The position numbers and the translations under genes were made by a program. Source: Escherichia phage vB_EcoM_ESCO8. From it: 64,000 nt of DNA. Under the pieces are notes generated by a model. It was not told the DNA's origin, did no database searches, and saw nothing but the letters and a program-made list of their open reading frames with translations. Position 1 is the stretch's first letter, and each line of letters begins with the position of its first letter. The stretch is taken from sequence record OM386653.1. One strand, 5' to 3'. This document shows positions 39,045 to 48,189 of the stretch, piece by piece.

Positions 39045-39694
39045 CAACAATTATTGCAACACGTAACAAAATTCTGTCTGACGGTAAAGTAACAGTAGGT
39101 AGTCGTGTAGACACTTTAAATTTCAAGAAAGTGCGTAAAATTGGGGATTACCTTGTTGGTGGTGCAGGACGTCTGTCTTCTATCTTGACTTTCTTTTCTT
39201 GGTTCGAACAAAACTTACAATGCCAAGCAGCACAAGAGACAATCCCAGGTTTGGTGATCCAGTCAGATCCTGATAAAGAAGATGAAGAGTTTGTGGCATT
39301 GGTTGTTCACCCAGACGGTAAAATTTATATGCACGAGGGTAATAATCCAACACGAGCATATCCTTTAACTGAAGATTATTATGCTGTTGGTAGTGGGGCA
39401 GATTTTGCTTTAGCAGCTTTAGATGCAGGGGCAACTCCAGAAGAAGCGATGGAAGTTGCAAAACTACGAGATGCTTTTTCCGGTGGTGAAACTTTTGTCG
39501 AAGAGATCGAAGAACAACTGGAGCTAACAGCGGAAGATATTCTGAACTTCAGCAAGGAGCAACTAATTAGTATGCTGTTGACTGGTGATCCTGATAGTGA
39601 TGAAGCTGAAAGTATTTTAGCAGAAATGAAAGAATCACAAGAAAAAGTATTGACAGTCTCTGAAAAACTTGATAAAGTGTCCTCTGATAATTAA
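39041..39694 (+). CDS. HslV-like N-terminal-nucleophile peptidase with acidic C-terminal extension
   Basis: MTTIIA (Thr at position 2) and HslV-like block KKVRKIGDYLVGGAGR. Confidence 0.55.
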   Translation: MTTIIATRNKILSDGKVTVGSRVDTLNFKKVRKIGDYLVGGAGRLSSILTFFSWFEQNLQCQAAQETIPGLVIQSDPDKEDEEFVALVVHPDGKIYMHEGNNPTRAYPLTEDYYAVGSGADFALAALDAGATPEEAMEVAKLRDAFSGGETFVEEIEEQLELTAEDILNFSKEQLISMLLTGDPDSDEAESILAEMKESQEKVLTVSEKLDKVSSDN

Positions 39695-39705
39695 TCTAGT
39701 ATAAA

Positions 39706-39727
39706 CCCCCCTTTAAGGGGGTTATTA
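39706..39727 (+). terminator. Stem-loop terminator (CCCCCC-TTTAA-GGGGG + TTATT)
   Basis: GC stem, short T-rich tail. Confidence 0.5.
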
Positions 39728-39736
39728 GGAGGAGAT

Positions 39737-40165
39737 ATGTTACCAGTACCTGTAACCTTTGTAGAAAAAGCCTACTACTCTTTAGAACAAAACTGTAAAA
39801 GAGCTAAAAATTTTATTGAAAGTTTAGCAGAACAGCGTTACACTGTATCTAAAAAGGGATGGTTCAGAACTTCACAATATTTAGTCAACCCTTTCGGAGA
39901 AGTTCGTGTGTTGTATGGCAACACAGAAAATATCTTAGAAAGAATGTTAGAACTAGATAGGATCTCCTCCTGTGATTATCAACTGTTGAAATTTTACGAT
40001 GTGTCAGAAAGCGTTAAAAACTTTCTTGACGACTTATGTAAACGAAAAACAGAAGAAGATACAATACCAGTATCTATGGAAGAATTAACATTCTTAAGAG
40101 ATATTATGGTTTTTGAAGAAGACCCTGAAATCACAAAAGAGGAGATTTTAAGTAGTGGCAAATAA
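39737..40165 (+). CDS. Hypothetical protein
   Basis: ORF track; GGAGG RBS. Confidence 0.5.
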   Translation: MLPVPVTFVEKAYYSLEQNCKRAKNFIESLAEQRYTVSKKGWFRTSQYLVNPFGEVRVLYGNTENILERMLELDRISSCDYQLLKFYDVSESVKNFLDDLCKRKTEEDTIPVSMEELTFLRDIMVFEEDPEITKEEILSSGK

Positions 40166-40664
40166 GTATGATCGTCCACCAACTGATTACTATCCTACTC
40201 CACAAAAATGTATAAATGCATTATTTAGTGTAATAGATTTTAATAACCTTAAAGAAGAAGGTTTTATTTTTGCAGAACCGTGTAAAGGCGCTGCTGCTGC
40301 AATTTATCAACATTTTCCAGAAGGATCAGAATATTGTGAGTTAGAAGAAGGGAAAGATTATTTTAACCACGAATGGCATACTAAGCCGGATATTATAATC
40401 ACAAATCCCCCATTCAAACTTGCACTTGAGTTCTTGCAAAAGAGCTTAAAAGAAGCAGACGTTTGCATATACTTGTTGCGTCTTGGGTTCCTAGAGTCTA
40501 TTAAACGAAGGGAATTCCATAAACAGAATCCACCAACAAACTTGATTGTTCTTTCTGAACGACCATCTTTTGTTGCAGGTGGTACTGATAAGACAGCATA
40601 TGCTTGGTACGTCTACGACCCAAAAAACAGGCTGGGTTTAACTCAACCTTTCTATTTTGTTTAA
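40155..40664 (+). CDS. Small N6-adenine DNA methyltransferase (probable)
   Basis: Catalytic motif IITNPPF; ~169 aa. Confidence 0.55.
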   Translation: MANKYDRPPTDYYPTPQKCINALFSVIDFNNLKEEGFIFAEPCKGAAAAIYQHFPEGSEYCELEEGKDYFNHEWHTKPDIIITNPPFKLALEFLQKSLKEADVCIYLLRLGFLESIKRREFHKQNPPTNLIVLSERPSFVAGGTDKTAYAWYVYDPKNRLGLTQPFYFV

Positions 40665-40677
40665 GAGGAGCATTTTT

Positions 40678-40908
40678 ATGACCGAGAAATTTACTGTTAC
40701 TATGGAACTCACCTTTGATGAAGAAGATTTTGATCTTCATGTATCAACTAAAGCAGATAACATTCACACAACACAGAGTGTTGCAATCGCTATGTTCTTT
40801 AAACAAGCTATTGCAAAACAAGCTGAAGTATGTGCTGGTTTAGCTGTAGAGTATGCAGAAGTTGTCAAGGTTCTTGAAAGTGCTCGTAACGGCGATTGGG
40901 ATGAATAA
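40678..40908 (+). CDS. Hypothetical protein
   Basis: ORF track 40657..40908 trimmed to ATG after AAGAGGAG RBS. Confidence 0.45.
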   Translation: MTEKFTVTMELTFDEEDFDLHVSTKADNIHTTQSVAIAMFFKQAIAKQAEVCAGLAVEYAEVVKVLESARNGDWDE

Positions 40909-41111
40909 TGGCATACAATTACTATCTGGTATATTTTAACGAAACTAAGAAAAAAGACACAGGAACTAATGTTTATGCGGAATCCGAAGAACACGCAAAA
41001 GCTATTGGTTCCGTGCTTCTTTCTAGAATAGCAGGTGAAGAAATTCCTGTAGAGGCTATTTTTGCAGAAGTTGACCCTGGTATTCAAGAGGATGATATTA
41101 CCACTACTTAA
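40908..41111 (+). CDS. Hypothetical protein
   Basis: ORF track. Confidence 0.4.
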   Translation: MAYNYYLVYFNETKKKDTGTNVYAESEEHAKAIGSVLLSRIAGEEIPVEAIFAEVDPGIQEDDITTT

Positions 41112-41114
41112 CTG

Positions 41115-41143
41115 TTGACTTTAACATTAAGGTAGTGCATACT
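41115..41143 (+). promoter_or_regulatory. Sigma70-like promoter candidate (TTGACT-N17-CATACT)
   Basis: Hexamers upstream of recombinase gene. Confidence 0.3.
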
Positions 41144-41168
41144 TCCTGTAACAGAACAGGAGGGTATT

Positions 41169-41831
41169 ATGAAGTTTGTACTGTATCATCGACTTTCTAA
41201 GAAGAAACAACAAGGCAACCAGTATGGTATAGAATCACAGGAAGCAGATATTCAACGCTTCCTGGATTCACAAGAAAATTATACTATTGTAGGTAGCTTT
41301 GCAGAGTTTTATTCGGGTAAAGGCGATTGGAAGCAACGTAGAGAGCTTGTAAAAGCTGTTAATCTTTGTAAAGAAACAGGTGCTACACTTGTTGTTGCTA
41401 AGGTTGACCGTCTTGGACGTAACACAGCCTCTGTTGCAACCTTATTAGAGATGATTAATGTACGAATAGCAACTATGCCCTCCGCTGAAAATATGATAAT
41501 AAATATTTTAGCAGTTCTGGCAGAAGAAGAGGCTCGTGCAATATCTGATCGTGTTAAGAAGAGCCTTAAGGTAGCAAAAGCGAAGGGAACGCTTCTTGGT
41601 GCAGCAAACCCTAAATACAAAAGAACAGATTATACGAAAACGGAAGAAGCAAAACGCTCAAAAGAGTTTGCGCTTTCTTTAAAAGATTCTTTAGTTGCAT
41701 ACAGAGCTTGTAAAACGCCATATATGACGATTGCAAAGCATCTGAATGAATCAGGAAAGAGAACTATTCGTGGGAGTTTGTTCGATGCCAAAGCGGTACA
41801 ACGTCTTTGTGCAAAATTGAATATTAAATAA
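41169..41831 (+). CDS. Small serine recombinase (resolvase/invertase family)
   Basis: N-terminal YHRLS; VAKVDRLGRN motif; 220 aa. Confidence 0.6.
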   Translation: MKFVLYHRLSKKKQQGNQYGIESQEADIQRFLDSQENYTIVGSFAEFYSGKGDWKQRRELVKAVNLCKETGATLVVAKVDRLGRNTASVATLLEMINVRIATMPSAENMIINILAVLAEEEARAISDRVKKSLKVAKAKGTLLGAANPKYKRTDYTKTEEAKRSKEFALSLKDSLVAYRACKTPYMTIAKHLNESGKRTIRGSLFDAKAVQRLCAKLNIK

Positions 41832-41840
41832 GGAGGAAAC

Positions 41841-42044
41841 ATGGTAGTTCAATCTTTTGAGGAGACTGTTAAAAAACAATTCCTATCGAAGCGAGCGATG
41901 GTTGAATTTTTGCATTTTCTCGAAGTAGATAGGGTACTTATTGAGACTACACCAGATGGTAACTGGCAAGTCTCGTATATTGCCACCAGGCATATCGTAG
42001 ACAGTACGAAAGAAGAAAGTTCGGAAGTTACGGTTGCTAGTTAA
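41841..42044 (+). CDS. Hypothetical protein
   Basis: ORF track. Confidence 0.4.
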   Translation: MVVQSFEETVKKQFLSKRAMVEFLHFLEVDRVLIETTPDGNWQVSYIATRHIVDSTKEESSEVTVAS

Positions 42045-42055
42045 AGGAGTTAAAT

Positions 42056-42628
42056 ATGCGTTTAGCTTTTAACGGGAAGATAAGCACAGCAAACATATTA
42101 TCAGCCATAGGATTATTAGGTAAAAAATTCACACCTTTCAGTTTACCTGTTTGTGTAGATTTTGATCATGTATTTGATATTAATAATCCTTCACGTTGTA
42201 TCGCCAGAAGTAATATTGATAACCCAAGTGAAAATCTGTTTTATATTACTAAACCATCCCAGGCAATTTTGAATCAATGGGAAGCAGGTCTGATTAAACC
42301 AGGTAAATATTTTGCATTACTACCTTGTAAATCATTGGCTATAGAGGACAGTCTAAACTATGCAAACAATCTTGTTGTTACAGCATTCATTGTCTCAGAA
42401 AAAGAAGAAACTGCGGCACTTGCAAACACTGTTAAATCTTTGTATGATGCTTTGGGTGTTACTTACACTACCTTCGTTTGTGAAGATATTCCACATTGCG
42501 TTGAATTCGTGGTGAATGGTGTAACTGTATGTCGTGTAGAAACAACTCAAGACGAAGACGTTTTTATTACTGTAGCCGATGTAATATCTGAACCTGTGTT
42601 TAGCTACGCAGTTTCATTAACACATTAA
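42056..42628 (+). CDS. Hypothetical protein
   Basis: ORF track. Confidence 0.45.
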   Translation: MRLAFNGKISTANILSAIGLLGKKFTPFSLPVCVDFDHVFDINNPSRCIARSNIDNPSENLFYITKPSQAILNQWEAGLIKPGKYFALLPCKSLAIEDSLNYANNLVVTAFIVSEKEETAALANTVKSLYDALGVTYTTFVCEDIPHCVEFVVNGVTVCRVETTQDEDVFITVADVISEPVFSYAVSLTH

Positions 42629-42638
42629 GGAGAAGGGG

Positions 42639-42965
42639 ATGAAAATAACGACAGAACAGGCTTTAATAGACAAAGGAAGGGAAATCTTAGAAAGTCATTT
42701 GGAGGATATTCAAAGGACTCCAGGGTATCTCGGCTGGCGTATACAAGAAGCCGTCGATTTTCTACCCCGTAAAAATAAAGAGATTGAAGTAAGATCTCTA
42801 TTCCTCCTTGTTAAAGTAGATGGTGACGCTATATACAAAGATGTAGCGTCTCACATTGAACAAATAGAAGAAAAAGCCTACAAAGAATTTGCAGATCTTG
42901 TTGTAGAACATAATATAGAAGGTAAAGTTAATATCTTTATACTTATGGATTTTGAGGAGAGTTGA
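42639..42965 (+). CDS. Hypothetical protein
   Basis: ORF track. Confidence 0.45.
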   Translation: MKITTEQALIDKGREILESHLEDIQRTPGYLGWRIQEAVDFLPRKNKEIEVRSLFLLVKVDGDAIYKDVASHIEQIEEKAYKEFADLVVEHNIEGKVNIFILMDFEES

Positions 42966-43708
42966 TGCTAGTATATCAAGAAATTAGTGTAAAAGATGAT
43001 CAAGACCTGTTTATTATTGGTGATTTACATGGTTGCTTTGATTTGTACCAGAAAGGTGTTAATACTTTAGGTATCCGAGATCAAGATGTTGTTGTATCTT
43101 TAGGAGATCTTACAGATCGCGGCAAGCAGAATTTTCGTTGTGTTGTTGAATTCACCAGAAAGCTAAATCGTTATGGTATTCGTGGAAATCATGAAGATAT
43201 GATGATTAAAGGGTTGCTAGAAGGTGATAGACGATATTACGAATGTTGGTTTCAGAACGGAGGCCATACAGTTCTAGACGAGTGTGGAGAAGAGGGTGCA
43301 ACTGCTCTTGCTTTGATGCTAGAAGATTTACCTGTTGTACTTGTTGTCAATTATCGTAATATGAAACTAGGCTTTATTCACGGTGGGTATCCTTCAGTTT
43401 TGGAACATTTACCAGTGACAGAAGTTTTGCCATTTTGTTTGAATATGAATAAAGAGCAAGTTTCTCGATTCACAGAATCTTTAATGTGGGATCGTGATAT
43501 GATAGATTGCGCACTTGAAGGGATTCTTCTTCCTAGAGTTTCAGGAGTAGATTATGTATTTCACGGGCATTCTTATGTTCCTAAACCTGTGATTAGCAGT
43601 AATAGGGTATATATGGACACAGGATCTTGCTTCAATGGTAATTTAACCTTTGCATATTTTGATGATTCAAATACGTTACAATTTTATTCTACTTTAGAGG
43701 AGGACTAA
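42962..43708 (+). CDS. Ser/Thr protein phosphatase, PP-lambda-like
   Basis: Motifs GDLHG, GDLTDRG, GNHE. Confidence 0.7.
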   Translation: MMLVYQEISVKDDQDLFIIGDLHGCFDLYQKGVNTLGIRDQDVVVSLGDLTDRGKQNFRCVVEFTRKLNRYGIRGNHEDMMIKGLLEGDRRYYECWFQNGGHTVLDECGEEGATALALMLEDLPVVLVVNYRNMKLGFIHGGYPSVLEHLPVTEVLPFCLNMNKEQVSRFTESLMWDRDMIDCALEGILLPRVSGVDYVFHGHSYVPKPVISSNRVYMDTGSCFNGNLTFAYFDDSNTLQFYSTLEED

Positions 43709-44028
43709 TGTATAAAATCACAATTAAAGAAACAGTAGGAGAACTTACGAAAGAAACTACTATTGAGACGGAAGATGTTGAGTTAGTCAAAGAGCTTTTA
43801 TTTCCAAAACCAGAAATAAAAGATAATGATGAACAGTTGGATGAAGATAATGAGACAGCAAGGGATAAATGGAAGAAACAACTAGCGGAGATTTGGAAAA
43901 AGCCTGAAGTAACTCCTCCATTTGATCCTCGTAGACCTTATAATCCTTGGGAAATTGGAAGCCCTTGGTTTACGTACCCTATCACTCCAATTGTTAATCC
44001 AATTGTTACTCCCAATATTACTTGTTAA
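43708..44028 (+). CDS. Hypothetical protein
   Basis: ORF track. Confidence 0.45.
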   Translation: MYKITIKETVGELTKETTIETEDVELVKELLFPKPEIKDNDEQLDEDNETARDKWKKQLAEIWKKPEVTPPFDPRRPYNPWEIGSPWFTYPITPIVNPIVTPNITC

Positions 44029-44038
44029 GGAGAAAACC

Positions 44039-44617
44039 ATGAGCGATTTATTCTACACAGGTGTTGGTAGCAGAGATATTACAGACGAAGAATGGGATAC
44101 TATGGTATCTGTTGCAAAATGGCTATCTACATGGTTCATTTTGCGATCTGGTAAAGCAGAAGGTGCAGATTCCGCATTTGAATGCGGGGTATATGATAGT
44201 GGGAACAATACAAAGAAAGAAATATACATCCCTTGGCTCTCGTTTAAAGGTAATGAAATAGAGGGAGAGGTTATTGTTCTTGACAGACCAGATAGTGTAA
44301 ACTATGCTTTAACCTTGCAATATGCAAAAGAATTGCATCCAGCTTGGGACAGATTATCTCAAGGTGCTAAAAAATTACATCAAAGAAATATCCACCAAGT
44401 TCTTGGAAGAGATCTTGAGAATCCAAAACCATCTTGTTTTCTTTTAGCTTGTGCAAATACAGATAAAAATGGAGATCCTTTAGGTGGTACAAGAACAGCT
44501 TGGATGTTGGCTAAAAAGTTTAATGTTCCTTGTTTTAATATTCGAGGTAAAAGTAAAAAACAAATTTTCGAATTTATTAAGCCTATTTTAGAGGAGAATG
44601 GTCTTGTCCAGAAATAA
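44039..44617 (+). CDS. DprA/Smf-like Rossmann-fold protein (putative)
   Basis: ORF track 43922..44617 trimmed to ATG after AAGGAGAA; motifs GVGSRD and SGKAEGADSAFE. Confidence 0.4.
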   Translation: MSDLFYTGVGSRDITDEEWDTMVSVAKWLSTWFILRSGKAEGADSAFECGVYDSGNNTKKEIYIPWLSFKGNEIEGEVIVLDRPDSVNYALTLQYAKELHPAWDRLSQGAKKLHQRNIHQVLGRDLENPKPSCFLLACANTDKNGDPLGGTRTAWMLAKKFNVPCFNIRGKSKKQIFEFIKPILEENGLVQK

Positions 44618-45122
44618 TATAAGCGTCATTAAAGATAGCTTTATTGATGTAACAAACGATATTGTACCTACAATACAATATATAGTTGAGGCACAAGGTT
44701 TAAACTTTATACGTGATAAAGTTAAGATTGTTTTTCATAACACTCCAGGTTTTGTAACAGTGGGTTCAACAAAAACGCCGTGCTCTACAGATCTGATTAC
44801 TTTAGACAAAAACTTAACACAAGAAGAAGTAGAAATTCTTAACCTCTATTGGTTAGGTTTTAAAAGATACGAGGATACAGCTTTATCCAGAATGTCAACT
44901 ATTTTAGCTAATATTCTGGTTCGGAAAATTTCTAAAATATGGGATGAAGAAAACCCAGATGAAATAGTTTTACACTTTGCTAAACCGGAAGACGGGGCAT
45001 ATGATATAGACACATCTGAAATGGCTTATGGATTTATTATTTCTGGTAATGTATTACAGATGGAATCTTTATTGTATGTTGAGACAGTAAAACACAATAA
45101 CAACTACGAGGAGGTTGTATGA
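44598..45122 (+). CDS. Hypothetical protein
   Basis: ORF track. Confidence 0.4.
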   Translation: MVLSRNNISVIKDSFIDVTNDIVPTIQYIVEAQGLNFIRDKVKIVFHNTPGFVTVGSTKTPCSTDLITLDKNLTQEEVEILNLYWLGFKRYEDTALSRMSTILANILVRKISKIWDEENPDEIVLHFAKPEDGAYDIDTSEMAYGFIISGNVLQMESLLYVETVKHNNNYEEVV

Positions 45123-45376
45123 AAGGTTTAGAGTTTAACTTTGTAGATGCGTGGGAAGGATGGGATGAACTAGGAGTAGGGGATTTATGTTTTTATGATG
45201 TTACCTTGAAGGAAGAATACAAACATCTAGCTCCTAGTGAAGATTGCGATGTGATTCTATCTATTCTGTTAAGTCAGTCTATAGTGCAATTCGATTTCTT
45301 AAAAGGTAGTGAATGTATTGAAAGTAAAGCATTCCGTTTAGAAGTTTCTCTTGGTGAAGAAGTTCCTGTAGAATAA
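45119..45376 (+). CDS. Hypothetical protein
   Basis: ORF track. Confidence 0.4.
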   Translation: MKGLEFNFVDAWEGWDELGVGDLCFYDVTLKEEYKHLAPSEDCDVILSILLSQSIVQFDFLKGSECIESKAFRLEVSLGEEVPVE

Positions 45377-45379
45377 TAT

Positions 45380-45404
45380 AAACCCGCTTCGGCGGGTTTT
45401 TTGT
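45380..45404 (+). terminator. Rho-independent terminator (ACCCGC-TTCG-GCGGGT + TTTTTG)
   Basis: Canonical stem-loop and T-run. Confidence 0.75.
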
Positions 45405-45432
45405 TGACAACACTAGTTTTTTCGAATAAACT
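45404..45432 (+). promoter_or_regulatory. Sigma70-like promoter (TTGACA-N17-TAAACT)
   Basis: Directly after terminator, upstream of 45459. Confidence 0.45.
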
Positions 45433-45458
45433 ACAGAAAAACAGAAGAGGAGTTTAGC

Positions 45459-45869
45459 ATGTATTATAGTGATTATTTTGTAAACCCAACAAAAGAACAA
45501 CTTCAATCAGCAGTGGATAAGATGCAGATTGTAGTTAAAGAATGTGAGAAAATAAGAAAACAACTACAAGAGGAGACTGTTGTTGTTAATAAATGGTTTG
45601 GTCTTAAGAAGAAAGTTGTTAGTAAACACAATATCATCCTTGAAAAAGCAAAAACGACAGGAACTAGTTACGCCTTACAAGCCTTGTTACTAAATTACAT
45701 TGATATAGAACAACATTCTCTTCTGCACTGTTGGCTTAACAGCCCTGGTATTGAGGATCTCTTGTTCTGGTTATCGTGTGAATCTGTACTTTTAAATGAG
45801 AATGAGGCTTACCGTTTAAACTTCTGCCTCAAGGCAGAATTACCAGCTAGTGTTAAGGAGAAGAAGTAA
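45459..45869 (+). CDS. Hypothetical protein
   Basis: ORF track; GAGGAG RBS. Confidence 0.5.
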   Translation: MYYSDYFVNPTKEQLQSAVDKMQIVVKECEKIRKQLQEETVVVNKWFGLKKKVVSKHNIILEKAKTTGTSYALQALLLNYIDIEQHSLLHCWLNSPGIEDLLFWLSCESVLLNENEAYRLNFCLKAELPASVKEKK

Positions 45870-45871
45870 TA

Positions 45872-46861
45872 ATGAAAGTTTTAAGTCTTTTTGATGGTAT
45901 GTCAGGAGGAATGCTTGCGCTAAAAAGTGCAGGTATTGAAGTAGATACATATTACGCTTCAGAATTAGACAAATTTGCCGTAGCTGAAAGCCAAGCAAAT
46001 TTTCCAGATATTATTCAGTTAGGTGATGTTACAAAATGGAGAGAATGGGATATCCCGTGGGGAGAAATTGATCTTTTGTTAGGTGGTAGTCCGTGTCAAG
46101 GCTTCTCTTCTTCTGGTAAGGGTTTGAACTTTCAAGATCCGCGATCTAAGCTATTCTTCGAATATGTTGAAATTCTTGAACATATTAAAAAGTTTAATCC
46201 TAATGTTAAGTTCATGCTTGAAAACGTTAAGATGAAAGCGGAGTGGGAAAACGTGATCACAAGTTACTTAGGTGTTGATCCCGTATTCATTAACTCCGCA
46301 GATTTCACGGCACAGAATAGACAACGTTTATACTGGTGCAACTGGGAAATAAAACCCTGGGAGATTACCAATGAAGTGTTGCAAGATATCATTGAAGATG
46401 ATAGTATTGTAGACAGAGATAAGGCTTATTGCATAGATGCAAATTATGCCAAAGGTGGTAATATAGAACAGTATTTTGAAAAGAGTCGCAGACAACTGGT
46501 TTTTTATCCGGCAGCAATATATGGGCGTAGAATTAATGAAAATGGCAAACGTAGTACATCTAAAACTGATCGTTTGGTACATTGTTTGGAAGTTCAGGAC
46601 AGTGGAAAAACTCGTTGCCTCACAACTGTGCCTAAAGACGTACTATTAGCTTATATTCCACCTGGAAGATATCTAGATGCCTTTGAAAAATTAAGTGAAG
46701 GCGTACATTATAGAAAGTTAACGGTTAAAGAGTGTTGCCGCTTGCAAGGTGTGCCAGATGACTACTTTAAAGTGAGTAGTAACACACAAGCATATAAGAT
46801 GTTAGGCAATGGTTGGACTATACCTGTCATTGCACATATTCTTAAATGTATGGAGGAATAA
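45872..46861 (+). CDS. DNA (cytosine-5)-methyltransferase
   Basis: Motif I FDGMSGG, motif IV GGSPCQGFS, motif VI ENV. Confidence 0.75.
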   Translation: MKVLSLFDGMSGGMLALKSAGIEVDTYYASELDKFAVAESQANFPDIIQLGDVTKWREWDIPWGEIDLLLGGSPCQGFSSSGKGLNFQDPRSKLFFEYVEILEHIKKFNPNVKFMLENVKMKAEWENVITSYLGVDPVFINSADFTAQNRQRLYWCNWEIKPWEITNEVLQDIIEDDSIVDRDKAYCIDANYAKGGNIEQYFEKSRRQLVFYPAAIYGRRINENGKRSTSKTDRLVHCLEVQDSGKTRCLTTVPKDVLLAYIPPGRYLDAFEKLSEGVHYRKLTVKECCRLQGVPDDYFKVSSNTQAYKMLGNGWTIPVIAHILKCMEE

Positions 46862-46983
46862 TGGAAACATTGTGGAAAGGCTGGAAGACTGCTGTGATAG
46901 CTTTTATAATTCCATTAACTTTTCTTGGTTGGTGTTTTTGGGAATTTATCTTTTGGTTAATTTCCCATATACATTGGGGGTAA
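46861..46983 (+). CDS. Small membrane protein (40 aa)
   Basis: Hand translation; ATG overlaps upstream stop; GGAGG RBS. Confidence 0.4.
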   Translation: METLWKGWKTAVIAFIIPLTFLGWCFWEFIFWLISHIHWG

Positions 46984-46984
46984 T

Positions 46985-47593
46985 ATGACTCAAAAAGTTG
47001 CATATCAAGTAGATCGTGAAGATGGTGAAGGTAGTGTTGTAGTTTTTGATACACATGGTCTTGCAGCAAGACGCAAAGGTGCTTGTCTACTGGACATTGG
47101 TGGTGAAGATGAATACTGCACTGTACGTAGAGTAAAAGAATTTGATCAATATGCTGAAAAAGGTTTTGTACCCGTGAAAGCACTATTAGAAGCTGGATGG
47201 TGGATACCTAGTGCACATGATTATGATATTTTGGAAGATACAGATGAATTCAACAGTGAAGATTTTGTTTTTTCTCTGGATGAAAAATGTGTTTGGAAAA
47301 ACTGGGATGAAATGGAACGCCATGCTTATTTTATAAACGAAGCATTAGATCGTAAAACTTGGTTTGAAAATACAGTTAAAGCAGCGTATCCTCAATTTAC
47401 TTTTACACAGTTTTGGGGTGGCCCACATCATATTACTCATACAGCATATTTCGAGTTCCCAGGTTCACGTTATAAAGGTACTGTTTATTGGGATTGGGAC
47501 GAGAACAAAGAACCTTCTGCTCAAGATTTCCGTTGCTATGTTTGTCAAGGTGATCAAGAAGCCCTTGACAAGTACCTTAAAAGTCTGGTATAA
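46985..47593 (+). CDS. Hypothetical protein
   Basis: ORF track. Confidence 0.5.
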   Translation: MTQKVAYQVDREDGEGSVVVFDTHGLAARRKGACLLDIGGEDEYCTVRRVKEFDQYAEKGFVPVKALLEAGWWIPSAHDYDILEDTDEFNSEDFVFSLDEKCVWKNWDEMERHAYFINEALDRKTWFENTVKAAYPQFTFTQFWGGPHHITHTAYFEFPGSRYKGTVYWDWDENKEPSAQDFRCYVCQGDQEALDKYLKSLV

Positions 47594-47610
47594 TCCGTAA
47601 AACTTAACCA

Positions 47611-47636
47611 AAGCCCCAATCAGGGGCTTTATTTGT
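47611..47636 (+). terminator. Rho-independent terminator (GCCCC-AATCA-GGGGC + TTTATTT)
   Basis: Stem-loop and T-run. Confidence 0.6.
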
Positions 47637-47647
47637 GTGGAGGATAT

Positions 47648-48178
47648 ATGGGTTTTGATGATATGTTATTATATGAGGAGGCTTGTGTGAAAGAAGCTAT
47701 GGCTTTACCAGTTTTATCTATTGATATTACAACAGTAGACACTTTTTCAGATTGTGAAACGTGTGGATCGTATTCGTCTATTGTACATGAAGTTAGTGGG
47801 GATTTAGGCACTTACGAAGATGGAGATTATGCAAGTTGTTTAGGTGATAATCGAGATGGTGAAGTGGCGAATGTTGCAAACTGGATTGCTTCTAAGTTAA
47901 AAGAAAGAAATCGTCCGTTCCCTAATCTTCTTACACCAGAAGCTATGCTTAAAGCTGAACAAGAGATGTATGATTATGGTTATAAAGTAGATTATGACTA
48001 TAATGATCCTAAATATAAAAAATTGAGTGACAAGTATTGGGAACTAGCTAATGCTTATGATAAATACTACTCTACAGAAAACATTGTTAAATTGTTTTTA
48101 GATTTTGGAGTAGAAATTAATTGGGATTTCGAAGAGGAAGAGCGTTACGACGCATCTTCTTGGGATGATGATTACTAA
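47648..48178 (+). CDS. Hypothetical acidic protein
   Basis: ORF track 47633..48178 adjusted to ATG after GGAGG RBS. Confidence 0.45.
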   Translation: MGFDDMLLYEEACVKEAMALPVLSIDITTVDTFSDCETCGSYSSIVHEVSGDLGTYEDGDYASCLGDNRDGEVANVANWIASKLKERNRPFPNLLTPEAMLKAEQEMYDYGYKVDYDYNDPKYKKLSDKYWELANAYDKYYSTENIVKLFLDFGVEINWDFEEEERYDASSWDDDY

Positions 48179-48189
48179 GAGGATATTGA

